NCBI GenBank assembly: GCA_964016885.1
Contig: OZ024760.1
Span: 26,908,001-26,972,000 of the forward strand
Direction of reading: 5' to 3'
Source of the DNA: Eledone cirrhosa
Taxonomy: Eukaryota
Length of the DNA stretch: 64,000 nt
Of this stretch, positions 24,199-38,975 are shown piece by piece. The translations under genes and the position numbers were made by a program. The notes below the pieces were generated by a model. That model was not told the origin of the DNA. It did no database searches and was given only the letters and a program-made list of their open reading frames with translations. How positions within the stretch are numbered: position 1 is the stretch's first letter; each line of letters starts with the position of its first letter.

Positions 24199-25550
24199 AT
24201 AATGATAATACTATTTATAGTTATGTATATAGTATAAACAACTATAAACAGGAAGGTCAGTAATTTCTTAATTACCTTATTACCAAGTAAGAGAAATAGC
24301 TCAATGCATAAACATCAGTTGTTTTACAGAGCAGTTAAATAAATAAATAAATTATACAATTATCAAAGTTGTGTTCAAATCATTTAATAGCTGAGAATCG
24401 TTTCTTCCAAACTCTTGTTTGAAGTCATCGGAGCATTATCAATGTTTGTACATATAATTACCCTCCTATTCAACTGAACAATAATATAGATACATATAAA
24501 TTGATGTTGTGAGCAAGAGTTTCGTATTTACAGGGTGGAATGGATGTGACATATATTTTACGAGAATTGTACAATAATTGTACAAACATTCAGTTCAAAT
24601 TCAAATCAAAATTAAAATTAAAATCAAAATCAAAATCAAAATCAAAAGCACGGAGTGGAATACATGCAACAGTTAAAAGCAGGGAATAGTCCAAATATTA
24701 AAGAAGCATTGAGGAAGCAGTTTTGAGAAAGGAAGAGTGCGATAACAAATCATATGCAGATGTGTGGATAGTGTGACTGCGTAAGTCATATACATGAGAA
24801 GGAAACAAGCAAAGCTATTATGCATATATAGATGAATAAATACTGCGGTTGAAGCAAATATGTTAATGTATCCATTGCTCTAACTAACTTAAAACACTCA
24901 ATATAAACATTAACTGAAATTTAATTCAACATATGTCATGGAAAAGTATGCAAAAACTGTATGTTTCTCAACACACATTAATTCGAACACCATCAACATT
25001 CAACACCCACCATAGACTCTAATACATTAACATATTTGCTTCAACTGCAGTATTTATTCATCTATATATGCATAATAGCTTTGCTTGTCTCCTTCTCATG
25101 TATATGACTTACGCAGTCACACTATCCACACATCTGCATATGATTTGTTATCGCACTCTTCCTTTCTCAAAACTGCTTCCTCAATGCCTCTTTAATATTT
25201 GGACTATTCCCTTGTTTTAACTGTTGCATGTATTCCACTCCGTGATTTTGATTTTGATTTTGATTTTGATTTTAATTTTAATTTTGATTTGAATTTGAAC
25301 TGAATGTTTGTACAATTATTGTACAATTCTCGTAAAATATATGTCACATCCATTCCACCCTGTAAATACGAAACTCTTGCTCACAACATCAATTTATATG
25401 TATCTATATTATTGTTCAGTTGAATAGGAGGGTAATTATATGTGCAAACATTGATAATGCTCCGATGACTCCAAACGAGAGTTTGGAAGAAACGATTGTC
25501 AGCTATTAAATGATTTGAACACAACTTTGATAATTGTATAATTTATTTAT
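24195..25550. mobile_element. Large fold-back PLE-like element (F6) with about 530-bp arms, in (TA)n
   Basis: 24340-24872 is the inverted copy of 25021-25548, with a hammerhead in each arm. Confidence 0.8.
25455..25508 (+). ncRNA. Hammerhead (F6), U4C variant; inverted copy at 24385-24438
   Basis: TAATGCT-CCGATGA-C-TCCAAAC gaga GTTTGGA-A-GAAA-CGATTG-TC^AGCTATTA. Confidence 0.65.
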
Positions 25551-25749
25551 ATATATATATATATATGTAGATAAATCTACCAAGAGTTTACGGTAGTGTC
25601 CAATCCGTATGAAGAACTCAATGTATTCCGGATATCATGGAAAGAAGAGATGTAATGAAAAATCACTTTCGGTGAAAGATAAACAGAATACAGAGTCAAG
25701 ATAATATTTGATAATGTTTAATATTTTATATATATATATATATATATAA

Positions 25750-25935
25750 CGAAGGAAATGTGGTAAGGAACCAGGTGGACCAAAACGCACCAAAGTACTC
25801 AATACTTAGGGTAGTAGAGTGGGTAATAGGAACCAGTAAGACCTCGACAGCTGAGCTCAAGCCGTTTCGACGACTAATAGAATTAGCCGTCGAAACGGCT
25901 TGAGCTCAACCGTCGGGGTCTTACTGGTTCCTATA
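25750..25935. mobile_element. Fold-back element F11 carrying the 3' half of a hammerhead
   Basis: Inverted repeat 25826-25877/25883-25934 with GAAA-CGGCTTGAGCTCA.CCG-TC^GGGGTC. Homologs at 40545-40752, 43745-43862 and 59757-59812. Confidence 0.7.
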
Positions 25936-26458
25936 TATATATATATCCTGATCATCATCATCGATTAACGTCTATCTTCTATGATAACATGGGTTAGATA
26001 CACGAGTATACAAATGAAAAAAAGGACATTCGGTGTGTATTATAAGTGTGTATGTATATCTTTGTTTATCTTGAAAACATACCTTGACTATGTATACAAA
26101 ATGGAAAATGTATACTCCTGTGAAACTGTGAATGGAATGTGCTGCCAAGTTAAGCTGTTTTCATTATAAATATCTATACCTTTCTTTTTATAGCAAGCTG
26201 AATGAGTTGGGGAGCATAGCTCAATAAAACTTAAGTACCTTCATGGCCTGAAGCAACTGAGAGTACAAGACCTCCCCCCCTAGACAGGACTCAAGTCCAT
26301 TGCAGTGTTAACCCCCCCCCCCATCTATTGCTGGTACTCATTTTCAGCTGAGTATACTGGAGCAACATGAAATGAAGTGTTTTGCTCAAGAACACAACAC
26401 ACAACATTATGATCATAAGTCCAACACTTTTACCACTAGGTCACGTGCCTCCACTATA

Positions 26459-29400
26459 TCATCATCATCATCACCGTTTTACGTCCGTTCTTCCACGCTG
26501 GCATGGGTTAGACGGTTGTCCTGCTGTGGGCAGTGTCCGGTCGGCTGACCATGCCTTGCTCATACGGGATTCTGATTCTGGCTTGATTTCTACAGCTGGA
26601 TGCCCTTCCTAACACCAACCTCATTTACAGTGAGTGCTGGGTGCTTTCTTGCCGTGACACTTCCACGACCACTTTGCAGTGGGAGGGTGTGGGGGGCATA
26701 TTGTCTATACGCTTCAGCTTCAGCTTGTACCCGTGGGGGGTCGGGTCTTCTGTATTACTGCCAGAGGTCACAGTCGTATTTCATCGCCTTTCAGAGGTGT
26801 AATTGGGTAAGGTCGGCTTTTATCACCTCATCCCAGGTCTTCTTGAGTCTCCCCACTCCACGGTTTCCATTGACTTTTAGTGTTCTGCACCTTTTTATGC
26901 AGCTGTCATCCTTCATATGCATCACATGTCCATACCAATGCAACCGCCTCTCCTGCACACAGCATTCATTTGGTTCCTCTTATGCTCAGTCTCTCTCTCA
27001 ATTCGTTTATGCTTTGCCATTCACGTATATTACTATTACACATCCATCGGAGCATGCAGGCTTTGTTTCTTTCTAATCTACGCAAGTCTTCCACAGACAG
27101 CGCCCAGGTCTCACTACCATGTAACATTGCTGTTTGTATACACGCATCATACAGTCTGCCTTTCATTTTGAGGGAAAAGCCTTTTGCAGCTAGCAATGGC
27201 AGTAGCTCCCTGAACTTCTTCCATCCTGTTCTTACTCTAGTTATTGTACTTTCTGAACACCCACCTCCGCTGCTAATTAGGTCACCTAAGTAGCAGAAGC
27301 TGTCTACTGTTTCTACAGAGCCCTCCCAGAGTTTGGTGGTACTTGTTTCCTGTGGCTGTTTGCTGCTTGCTGTCCCAGCAGAGCTGCTACATGTGAAGCG
27401 TACATTCTTAGTTAAGCTTCCTGAGATCCCGCTACATCTCTTGTGTACCCATTGTTTGCATTTGGGGCAGAGAATGGAGTTCCTACCTACACCTTTCTTA
27501 CATACTGAGCAAGGCAATTTCCCTGAGGGGATCTGGGTTCTGTTTTCTCATCTACTTACAAGGACCTTAGTCTTTGTTAGGTTGACTTTGAGACCCTTCC
27601 TTTCTAGTCCCTGCTTCCAAGTTTGGAATTTCTTCTCTAGTTCTACCATAGATTCAGCTATAAGTGCAAGGTCATCTGCATACAGGAGTTCCCATGGGCA
27701 TCCAGTCTTAAACTCCTCTGTTATTGCCTGCAGGACTATGATGAACAGGAGAGGGCTAAGAACAGAGCCCTGGTGGACCCCAACCTGTATGCTAAATTCC
27801 TCACTATAGTCATTGCTAATCCCAACTTTGCTGACTGCTCCCCTATACATGGCTTGTACAGCTTTCACAAGCCGTTCATCTACTCCTTGTTTTCTAAGAG
27901 CCCACCAGATTATAGCATGGGGAACTCTGTTAAAGGCTTTCTCGAGATCGATGAATGCCAGGTAGAGCGGCTTACTTTTAGCTGGGTACTTTTCCTGTAA
28001 CTGCCTCACAAGGAAGAGGGCATCAGTGGTGCCTCTTCCTGGCACAAACCCAAATTGCATCTCATCTAGTTTCACCCGGTCCCTAATCAACTGTGCTATA
28101 ACTCTTTCTGTTACTTTCATGACCTGGTCCATCAGCTTTATACCTCTATAGTTTCCTCTATCTAGTGCATCACCTTTACCTTTGTAGCAGTTGACAATGA
28201 TGTTACTGCACCAATCCTTTGGTATGACACCTTTTAGTATTACCTGGTTAACAATACGTGTGGTTATGGTGTGACCTACCGACCCAGATGCCTTCAGCAT
28301 CTCGGCAGCTATACCCGATGGACCAGTTGCCTTCCCCGTCTTCATATCTTTGATTGCCTTACTTACTATGCTGCTGCTGACTTGTACTGCTGGCCCCTCT
28401 ATAGGGTCTACTTGGAGTAGGGTCTCTTCTTCCCATGCATTCTCCTCATTTAGTAATCTATCATAATGACTCTTCCACGCATCTTTCTTCTCAGTACTTC
28501 TGAGGGCAAGCTCACCTTTATCATTCTGGATACACTTACCTCCAATGACATCACAATTCTCTCTGACACACTGCCTCGCAATCTTGAACACCTCCTGTTT
28601 CTGGTCCTCACGTTGCAAAACATGCTTGAATGTTCTATCTTCTGCTTCTCTTCTAGCTAAGTATACTTGTCGCCTAGCTTCCCTCCTGGTCTCTATGTAA
28701 TGTACCCTGCTTCCCCCTTCCATTCTTTCCATGCCTGTCTCTTGGCCTTAACTGCCTCATCTACCTTATTGTTCCACCACCAAGTCACTCTCCTCCTGCC
28801 TGTGGTCTTACTCCAGCCACAGATCTCATCCGTCGCCTTTAGTAAGTTATTTTTTAGGAACTCCCAGTGCTCTTCTACATTGAATGTCTCTATCTGTTCT
28901 TCTTTACTGCCATAGGCGTTGAGTAAAATATCTTTAAATTTGTTACTGGCCGAGGGGTCTTTCAGCTTCCAGGTCTTTTTTTTCCAGGTTGGCTTCTGTT
29001 TCCAGGTTCGTCTAGTTCTGACCGTGAGGTCGCTGACAATTAAGCTGTTGGGAGGTACATTCCTCACTAGGGAAGGCTTTTGTGCTTATGACCGTCCATC
29101 TTGCACGTCCTCTGTTGAGGATAAAATCTATCTGACTAGAATGCTCCCCTGATCTATAGATGATCAGGTGGTTGTCGGGTCTTTTGAAGTTTGTGTTACA
29201 TATCGACATGTCATTGGCGTCGTAGAATTCTAGAAGCCTGAAGCCTTCTTCATTTCTTGTGCCAACCACATGGCCTCCATAGAGTCTATAGAAGCCATCA
29301 CGGTGTTTACCTACGTGTCCGTTAAAATCTCCTGCAATGATTAGGAAGTCATTGCCATTTGCTAGAGCAGTAGTGTGCATTAGGGACTCGCAAAACCTAT

Positions 29401-29878
29401 CTTTAAGTTCGTCTGGCAACCCCGATTGGGGTGCGTAAGCTGATATTATTGTGGTAATTGTTTTATTCAGGACTAGTCTGAGTTTAATGATTCTTGCATT
29501 CACCCTGTTCACTGAGATTACCTTATCTACCCATTTGTCAGCTAGTAGGATACCTACACCACCCATCCCATCGTCATTTCCCACCCAGAAAAATTTGTAG
29601 CACTGCTTTTTGCCTACAAGGACTCTAGCAGACTCTCCTCTCCATCTAGTCTCTTGCACACAACATACATCAATTTCCTTTCACTCTAGCATCTCTATGA
29701 TTTCTCCTGCTCTTCCTTTCATTGTGCTTACATTGATGGTACCAACTCGGAGTTTTGGGCATTTGTCAACATTCGTGGGAAAGGGTCGATTTTTGCAGGG
29801 GTGTGTGTCTGCTTCCTGTCTCTGAATTGAAACTTCGCATGGGTGCTTGGTAGCTCGCGGATTCATATTCATTTTCAT
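26459..29878 (-). mobile_element. Near-full-length RTE LINE family B (APE, RT, PHD), disrupted by stops and frameshifts
   Basis: GTINVSTM, QETRW, SAYAPQ, AGDFNGH and SQIDFIL (APE); YRGIKL, QFGF, QGSVLSP and YADD (RT); (CAT)n tail. Confidence 0.95.
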
Positions 29879-30465
29879 TTATTAATTCAGGGTTGCTCCA
29901 TTTATTCTCAGCTCATCCATACATAACGGTAGGAGAATTCAGGGCTAGAAGAACAGTGATGGTGGTAATAATGGCAGGGTTTGTTGGGGCTGGGACGGGT
30001 GAGGAGGGAGGTAGGTAGTAGTAGAAATGGCAGGGTTTGTTGGGGCTGGTAATGGGTGGGGGGGGGGACATGCTGAGGTTTGATTGGTCGAATAGGCTAT
30101 GGTGGTGTTGTATGGGGGTGGGTGGGAGGGAAATTGTGAGATGGGTAGCGATCATGGCCTATAGCATCTCAGGGGATTTCTCGGCGAAATAAACCGATAC
30201 GAGTACCTATATTAGACAAGGTGAAATGTTAGGATTTTGAGACAAGGGCAAAGAATAAATATGTGTTGTGAAGGGGCCAGTGAAATAATAAATGCAACAA
30301 TAATAATAATGTAAGAGAGAGGAAGGGAGTAGATGACTTCGTAGAGACAGTCATACTGGCCAGCATGGGAAAAAAACGAGGGTAAAAAATAAATATACGT
30401 TGTGACAAGGGTAAAAAATAAATATGCGTTGAGACAAGGGTAAAGAATAAATATCTGTTGTGTGT

Positions 30466-31067
30466 ATCATCATCATCATCATCATCAACGTTTAACGTCC
30501 GTGTTCCACGCTTGCATGGGTTTGGACGGGGGTAGTCCCACTTGAGGCAAGAGTGATTGTCTTGCTCGCATAGGACTGTCTGGCAGGTTTTCTACAGTTG
30601 GATGCCCTTCCTAACACCAACCACATTTACAGTGTGGGTCTGGGAGGTTTTTACCGTGTTGCCTACACGGCCACATTACAGCGTGGACTGTGTGTTTTTT
30701 TGTCGTGACACCTACACGATCTCATTTGTTTCGGCCTCGATGGCGCGGCACCAACATAACTTTACATAGAACGGGGTGGTGTGGATCGGGTGGGGGTGGT
30801 GGTGGTGGGACGGGGTGTATTTTGTTAGAGATGCCTACTGGCTGGAGTAGGTTTTACTATATATTTAGGTAAGGCGGGTCTTCTCTGTTACTGAGTACCG
30901 CCAAAGGTCTCGGTCCAGTGACATTGTCTTGGAGAGGTGTAAGTGTGTGATGTCGGAGTTTATCAGCTCGTCCCAGGTTTTTCTAGGTCTGCCTATTCCG
31001 TGACTACCGTCTATCTTTATTGCCCTGCACTTTGTTATACAGCTATCGACTTTCATGCGCATCACGT
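30466..31067 (-). mobile_element. RTE family A 3' fragment
   Basis: HVMRMKVDSCITKCRAIK...TRLT*, 3'UTR and tail. Confidence 0.9.
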
Positions 31068-31792
31068 GGAGGCACATGGCTTAGTGGTTAGAGCATTGGC
31101 CTTGCAATCAAAAGGTTGTGAGTTCAATTCTCAGAAACGAAGCCTGCATGCTCCGATGGATGTGTAACAGTAATATACGTGAACGACAAAGCATAAATGA
31201 ATTGAGAGAGAGACTGAGCATAAGAGGAATCAAATGCTGTGTGCAGGAGAGGCGGTTGCGCTGGTATGGACATGTGATGCGTATGAAGGATGACAGCTGC
31301 ATAAAAAGGTGCAGAGCACTAGAAGTTGATGGAAACCGCGGAGTGGGGAGACCCAAGATGACCTGGGATGAGGTGATAAAAGCCGACCTTACCCAATTAC
31401 ACCTCTCAAAGACAATGACACATGACCGTGACTTCTGGCGTCACACAGTAATACAGAGTACAGGACCTCCCATGGGTACAAGCTGAAGCATATAAACAAT
31501 ATGCCCCCACACCCCCCACCGCAAGGTGGTCGTGGAGGTGCCACGGCAAAAAAGCACCCAGCCCACACTGTAAAGTGGACGTGTAGGCGCCACGAAAAAG
31601 CACCCAGCACTCACTGTAAATGAGGTTGGTGTTAGGAAGGGCATCCAGCTGTAGAAATCAAGCCAGAATAAGTTCCTGTATGAGCAAGGCATGGTCAGCC
31701 GACCAGACACTGCACACAACAGGACAACCCGTCTAACCCATGCTAGCGTGGAAGAACGGACGTAAAACGGTGATGAGGATGATGATGATGAT
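31068..31792 (+). mobile_element. Chimera: SINE1 tRNA head (31068-31135) fused to the RTE-B 3' end
   Basis: GGAGGCACATGG...TTCTCAGA joined to AACGAAGCCTGCATG (NEACMLRW...). Confidence 0.85.
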
Positions 31793-32173
31793 GTGAAGGG
31801 GCCAGTGAAATGATAAATACAACAATAATACTAATAATAGTGTGAGCGGAACATTTGCAATTGGGAAATAGAGGGGTACCTGGTAGAGATATATGGATGG
31901 CTGGGACATGGTTTAGCAGTTCTAGTGTTTCATTTTAGCCTTTCAGAATCAAGTGTGTTTTATTTCTTGAAGAATCTCAAGATGAGTGAGGGATGAATGG
32001 AAGAGGAAGGGAGGTAATATGTAGGGGATAGATGACTTAGAGAGAGAGAGAGGGTAGCCATCATGGCCTATAGCATCTCAGGGTATTCCGGCGAAATAAA
32101 CCGATACGAGTACCTATGTTAGACAAGGCGGAATGTTAGGATTTTGAGACAAGGGTAAAGAATAAATATGTGT

Positions 32174-32711
<538 letters not shown>

Positions 32712-32868
32712 ATATATATAAATGATACCAACATTTTGGAACGCTCTCATCAAATAAAATACAAAATTTGCTTTATAAATAGTGACATATCCAGGAATCA
32801 GACCAAACTGAACTTGAACCGTTAAGGTCTGATTCCTGGGTATGTCACTATTTATAAAACAAATTTTG

Positions 32869-32929
32869 TATTTTATCTGATGAGAGCATACCAAAATTTT
32901 GGTACCCTTGAAATATATATAATAGAATA
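32869..32929 (+). ncRNA. Hammerhead (F1) in fold-back element 32720-33017
   Basis: TATTTTAT-CTGATGA-helix II-GAAA-TATATA-TA^ATAGAATA. Confidence 0.75.
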
Positions 32930-33345
32930 AATAAGGTTTTATAAATATAGTTTCCATTTATTAATATCATTGATATTATACTCCAGAAAACCTGTCGAGT
33001 GCTTTGAATCTGTTATCACGTTGCTCCTTCTACATGGAGTTGCGACCCTATAGATAGTATTAACAATTGGAAAGACCAATGAAAACATTGTTTCTTTAGT
33101 CCAATTTGACGAAAGTCGATCGACTGTCGATATATATATATATATATATGTATATTTATTAAAATAACAGATTAAAGTTTAAGCAAAGAATCGCTGCTTT
33201 CACCCTTAATGGGATCTTCTGAAACTCATTATTAATATCATTAATATCATATATCATTAATATCATATATTATATATCATTAATATCATATATCATTAAT
33301 ATCATATATCATATATCATTAATATCATATATTATATATCACTAA

Positions 33346-33532
33346 CGGTGAATTGGCAGTATCGGTAGAGGGTTGGACGCCATGCTTTCTAGCATAGTTA
33401 CGTCCCTTTACGGTTTGAGTTCAAATCCCGCCGAGGTTAACTTTGCCTTTCATTCTTACGGGGTCGATAAAATAAAGTACCAGTAATGCACTGGGTAATT
33501 GCTGGCCTTGTGCCTAAAGTAGAAACAATTAA
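33346..33532 (+). mobile_element. SINE family 2, the only plus-strand copy seen
   Basis: CGGTGAATTGGCAGTATCGG...GAGTTCAAATCCCG...AGAAACAATT. Confidence 0.85.
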
Positions 33533-33558
33533 TATCATATATATTACTATATATATAT

Positions 33559-33896
33559 GAAGGCACATGGCTTAGTGGTTAGAGCATTGGCCTTGCAATC
33601 GAAAGGTTGTGAGTTCAATTCTCAGACCGGGTGATGTGTTGTGTCCTTGAGCAAGACACTTTATTTCACATTGCTCCAGTTTACTCAGCTGTTGAAATGA
33701 GGTGATAGGGACTGGCGTCCCTATCATTCCACTGCAAAGTGGTCGTGGAGGTGCCACGGCAAAAAAAGCACCCAGCGCTCACTGTAAATGAGGTTGGTGT
33801 TAGGAAGGGCATCCAGCTGTAGAAATCAAGCCAGAATCAGTTCCCGTCCCACCCTTGCAAGCAGGGAAAAAGGGGACGTAAAATGATGATGATGAT
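33559..33896 (+). mobile_element. SINE family 1
   Basis: Full copy. Confidence 0.9.
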
Positions 33897-34132
33897 ATAA
33901 ATCTGAGTTTCATGCATATGTTGCATGTGTCCTGTCGATAGAGAGTGCATGTCACATCTCTCATACAAACGTGGCTACGAGGCAACTAATATGTCAGGTG
34001 ACAGATAAATGTTGCTGTCATTTGATCAGATTCACCGAGGATAAACTATCGTATTACGGTTACAGCTCACTAAATCTACTTTCTGCTGAGATTCAAATAG
34101 ATATGAGGTCAGTGGTTCAAACCTTACTATCA

Positions 34133-34925
34133 ACTTCTTCTTCTTCTTCTTCTTCTCTTTCTTCTTTGCCTTCTTCTTCTTCTTCTTCTCTTTCTTCTTT
34201 GCCTTCTTCTTCTCTTTCTTCTTTGCCTTCTTCTTCTTCTTCTTCTTCTTCTTCTTCTCTTTCTTCTTTGCCTTCTTCTTCTTCTTCTTCTTCTTCTTCT
34301 TTTTCTTTGTCTTCTCCTTCTTCTCCTTCTTTTTCTCCTTCTTTTTCTCCTTCTTTTTCTCCTTCTTTTTCTCCTTCTTTTTCTCCTTCTTTTTCTCCTT
34401 CTTTTTCTCCTTCTTCTTTTTCTTCTTCTTCTTCTTCTTCTTCTTCTTCTTCTTCTTCTTCTTCTTCTTCTTCTTCTTCTCTTTCTTCGTCTTCTCGTTC
34501 TTTTTCTTCTCCTTCTTCTTCTTCTTCTTCTTCTTCTTCTTCTTCTTCTTCTTCTTCTCTTTCTTCTTCTCGTTCTTCTTCTCTTTCTTCCTTTTCTTTT
34601 TCTTCTTCTCTTCTTTGCCTTCTCTTTCTTCGTCTTCTCCTTCTTCTTCTCCTTCTCCTTTTTCTCTTTCTTCTTCTTCCCCCCCCCCTCCTCCTCCCCC
34701 TCCTCTCTCTTATTCGTGACAAGGTTGTGGGAGCAGTCCTCAAACACTCCTTCCAGCAGGTCCTGTCAGAAGCAGCCATTTCCAACTGATCCGGCTGGAT
34801 CCCCCAAGTGAAACCAGCCAAGCTCATGGATGTTATCCAACCATCTTGCTCGGAGTCTACCCCTGGGTCTCCTTCCAGTTGGTTTTGCCCATAAAAATCT
34901 GTCCAGCTCCTGAGAAGGTCGTGAG
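34133..34925 (-). mobile_element. RTE family E 3' fragment (34705-34925) followed by about 550 bp of (GAA)n
   Basis: KPTGRRPRGRLRARWLDNIHELG. Same family at 57430-57935. Confidence 0.75.
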
Positions 34926-35144
34926 GGCAGGAGCAAATATATATATGTGTGTGTGTGTGTAAATAAAAGGTAAAAACCCCCTTCGGTCACGAATGACCAT
35001 GAGATTTATACCTAGAAAGTTCCCCTCTAAGGCCCAAGTCCAGGCAAAGTTGTTTGTAGAAGACCACCAGTCACCCATGTATACCAGTCTCTGCCTCTCC
35101 ACACCACTGATGTTGTCCAAGGGAAAGGTTATGGCTGATACATC

Positions 35145-36819
35145 ACATCATCACCATCGTCATTTAACGTCTGTCTTCCATGCTAGCATGGGTTTAGATG
35201 GGAGTTGTCCTACTTGAGGCAAGAATGGTCGAGTGACCATGTCTCGCTCGTATGGGGCTGTCTGGCAGGTTTTCTACGGCTGGATGCCCTTCCTAACACC
35301 AACCACGTTTACAGTGTGGACTGGGAGGTTTTTACCATGTTGCCTACACGGCCACATTACAGCGTGGACTGTGTGTTTTTTTGTCGTGACACCTACACGC
35401 CCTCATTTATTTAGGACTGGATGTTGTGGTACCAACATAACTTTACATCGAAATGGCTGGTGTGGATGGGGGTGGGGGTGGGTGAGTTGGGGTTGTGGAT
35501 TGGGGTGTATATTTGATTAAGAGGTGCCTACTGACTGTAGGTTTCGCTTTGTACTTAGGCAAGGCGGGTCTTCTGTATTACTGCGTAGCGCCAAAGATCT
35601 CGGTCCAGTGACATTGTTTTAGAGAGGTGTGTGTAAGGTTGGAATTTATCAGATCGTCCCAGGTTTTTCTGGGTCTGCCTACTCCGTAACTTCCATCAAT
35701 TTTGATCGCCTTACACTTTTTTATACAGTTGTTGTCTTTCGTGTGCATCACGTGACCATACCAACGTAGTCTTCTCTTTGAGTAAATGGGGATCTGATCC
35801 CTCTTATTCCTAATTTCTCACTTAGTTCATTTATGCTTTGCTGTTCACGTATATTACTATTACACATCCAACGGAGCATGCAAGCTTCGTTCCTCTCCAA
35901 TCTACACAGATCCTCTGCACACAATGCCCAGGTCTCACTGCCATGTAGCATTTCTGTTCATATGCAGGCATTATACAGCCTGCCTTTCATTTTTAGAGAG
36001 AACCCTTTAGCGGCCAATAGGGGTATAAGCTCTCTGAACTTTTTCCATCCCGTTCTGACTCTAGCTACTGTACCTTCAGAACACCCTCCACCACTGCTGA
36101 TTTTGTCACCCAGGTAACGGAAGGTGTCCACTATTTCTACAGAACCATCTGGGCAATAGAAGGAGCTAGTATCCTGTGGGCACTTGCTACTTATTGCACC
36201 TGAGCACCGGCCACATATAAAATCTATGTTCTTAGATAGCTACCTGTGATCCCACTACATCTTTTATGTTCCCATACTTTGCATTTGGGACATAAAATGG
36301 AATTTCTCCCTACTCCTTTCCTACACAACGAGCATGGTCATTTCCCAGATGGGACCAGTGCCCTATTTTCCTTCCTACATACTAGAACTTTAGTCTTAGA
36401 CAAGTTAACTTTAAGGCCTTTTGATTCTAGGCCATGCTTCCATGTTTGGAATTTCTTCCCTAGTTCAGCCATCGATTCAGCTATGAGCATAAGATCATCT
36501 GCGTATAGGAGTTCCCATGGGCAGCCGGTCTTGAACTCCACTATTATAGCCTGAAGGGCAATAATAAATAGTAGGGGGCTAAGGACGGAGCCCTGATGAA
36601 TACCAACTTTTATGCTAAACTCTTCACTATATTCGTTGTTAATTCTAACCTTGCTGACTGTTTCCTTATACATGGCTTGTATAGCTCTCACAAGCCATTC
36701 ATCAACCCCTAGTTTTCTAAGGGCCCACCAGATAATGGCGCGAGGGACTCTGTCAAATGCTTTCTCCAAGTCAACAAAAGCTAAGTATAGGGGTTTACTT
36801 TTAGCTAGGTACTTCTCCT
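35145..36819 (-). mobile_element. RTE family A, truncated and degenerate
   Basis: EKAFDRVPR...QGSVLSP...YADD...MLHGSETW, then 3'UTR. Confidence 0.9.
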
Positions 36820-38975
36820 ATACACTATATATATATTATATATACTGTATGTACAGTATATATATATGCTATATATGTTGTCCAAGGGAAAGGCTATGGC
36901 TGATACAGTTTGGCACTATATATACATAGTATATACATAGTATATACACTATATATACATAGTATATACATAGTATATACACTATATATACATAGTATAT
37001 ACACTATATATACACTATATATACATAGTATATACACTATATATTCATAGTATATACACTATATATACACACTATATATACACAGTATATACACTATATA
37101 TACACATATATACACTATATATACACTAAATATACATTATATATACATAGTATATACACTATATATACACTATATATACACTATATACACACTATATATA
37201 CACACTATTTACACACTATATATACATTATATATACACTATATATACATTATATATACACTATATATACACTATATATACACTATATATACACTATATAC
37301 ACACACTAGATATACTATATACACTATATATACACTATATACACACTATATATATACTATATATACACTATATACACACTATATATACACTATATACACA
37401 CTATGTATACATTATATATACATTATATATACACTATATATACACTATATACACTATATATACTATATACACTATATATACACTATATACACTATATATA
37501 CACTATATATACACTATATACGCACTATATATACACTATATATACACTACATATACACTATATACACACTATATACACACTATATACACACTATATATAC
37601 ACTATATACACACTATATATACACTATATATACACTATATACACACTATATACACACTATATATACACTATATATACACTATATACACACACTAGATATA
37701 CTATATACACTATATATACACTATATACACATCATCATCATCATCATCATCACCGTTTTACGTCCGTTCTTCCACGCTAGCATGGGTTAGACGGGTTGTC
37801 CTGTTGTGGGCAGTGTCTGGTCGGCTGACCATGCCTTGCTCATACAGGAACTGATCTGGCTTGATTTCTACAGCTGGATGCCCTTCCTAACACCAACCTC
37901 ATTTACAGTGAGTGCTGGGTGCTTTTTCGTGGCGCCTACACGTCCACTTTACAGTGTGGGCTGGGTGCTTTTTTGCCGTGGCACCTCCACGACCACCTTG
38001 CGGTGGGGGGGGGGCATATCGTTTATATGCTTCAGCATGTACCCATGGGAGGTCGGGTACCCTGTATTACTGCGTGACGCCAGAAGTCACGGTCGTGTGT
38101 CATTGACTTTGAGAGGTGTAGTTGGGTAAGGTCGGCTTTTATCACCTCATCCCAAGTCATCTTATATATACTATATATACTATATATACACTATATATAT
38201 ACTATATATATACTATATATACACTATATACACACTATATACACACTATATATACACTATATACACTATATACACACACTAGATATACTATATACACTAT
38301 ATATACACTATATACACACTATATATATACTATATATACACTATATACACACTATATATACACTATATACACACTATGTATACATTATATATACATTATA
38401 TATACACTATATATACACTATATACACCATATATACACTATATACACCATTATATACACTATATATACACTACATATACACTATATATACTATATACACT
38501 ATATATACACTATATATACACTATATACACTATATACACACTATATATACACTATATATACACTATATATACACTATATACACACTATATATACACTATA
38601 TACACACTATATATACACTATATATACACTATATATATACACTATATATACACTATATACACTATATACACACTATATATACACTATATATACACTATAT
38701 ACACTATATATACACTATATATACATAGTATATACACTATATATTCATAGTATATACACTATATATACACACTATATATACACAGTATATACACTATATA
38801 TACACATATATACACTATATATACACTATATATACACTATATTCACACTATATATACACTATATATACACTATATATATACACTATATATACACTATATA
38901 CACACTATATATACACTATATATACACTATATACACTATATATACACTATATATACACTATATATACACTATATA
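36820..38975. repeat. (TATATACAC)-like satellite interrupted by an RTE-B 3' end (37731-38163, minus strand)
   Basis: Direct reading; internal block duplications. Confidence 0.9.

Noticed and set aside
26459-29878. Active autonomous LINE
   Set aside because: Several stops and frameshifts split the ORF into at least five pieces.
32054-32115. HDV-like ribozyme in the RTE-B upstream repeat
   Set aside because: A nested stem (GGTACTC/GAATACC, CGGT/GCCG) exists, but P1.1, P2 and J4/2 could not be assigned.
33185-33230. Additional minus-strand hammerhead
   Set aside because: The core reads CAGAAGA and helices I and III do not close; at most a decayed remnant.
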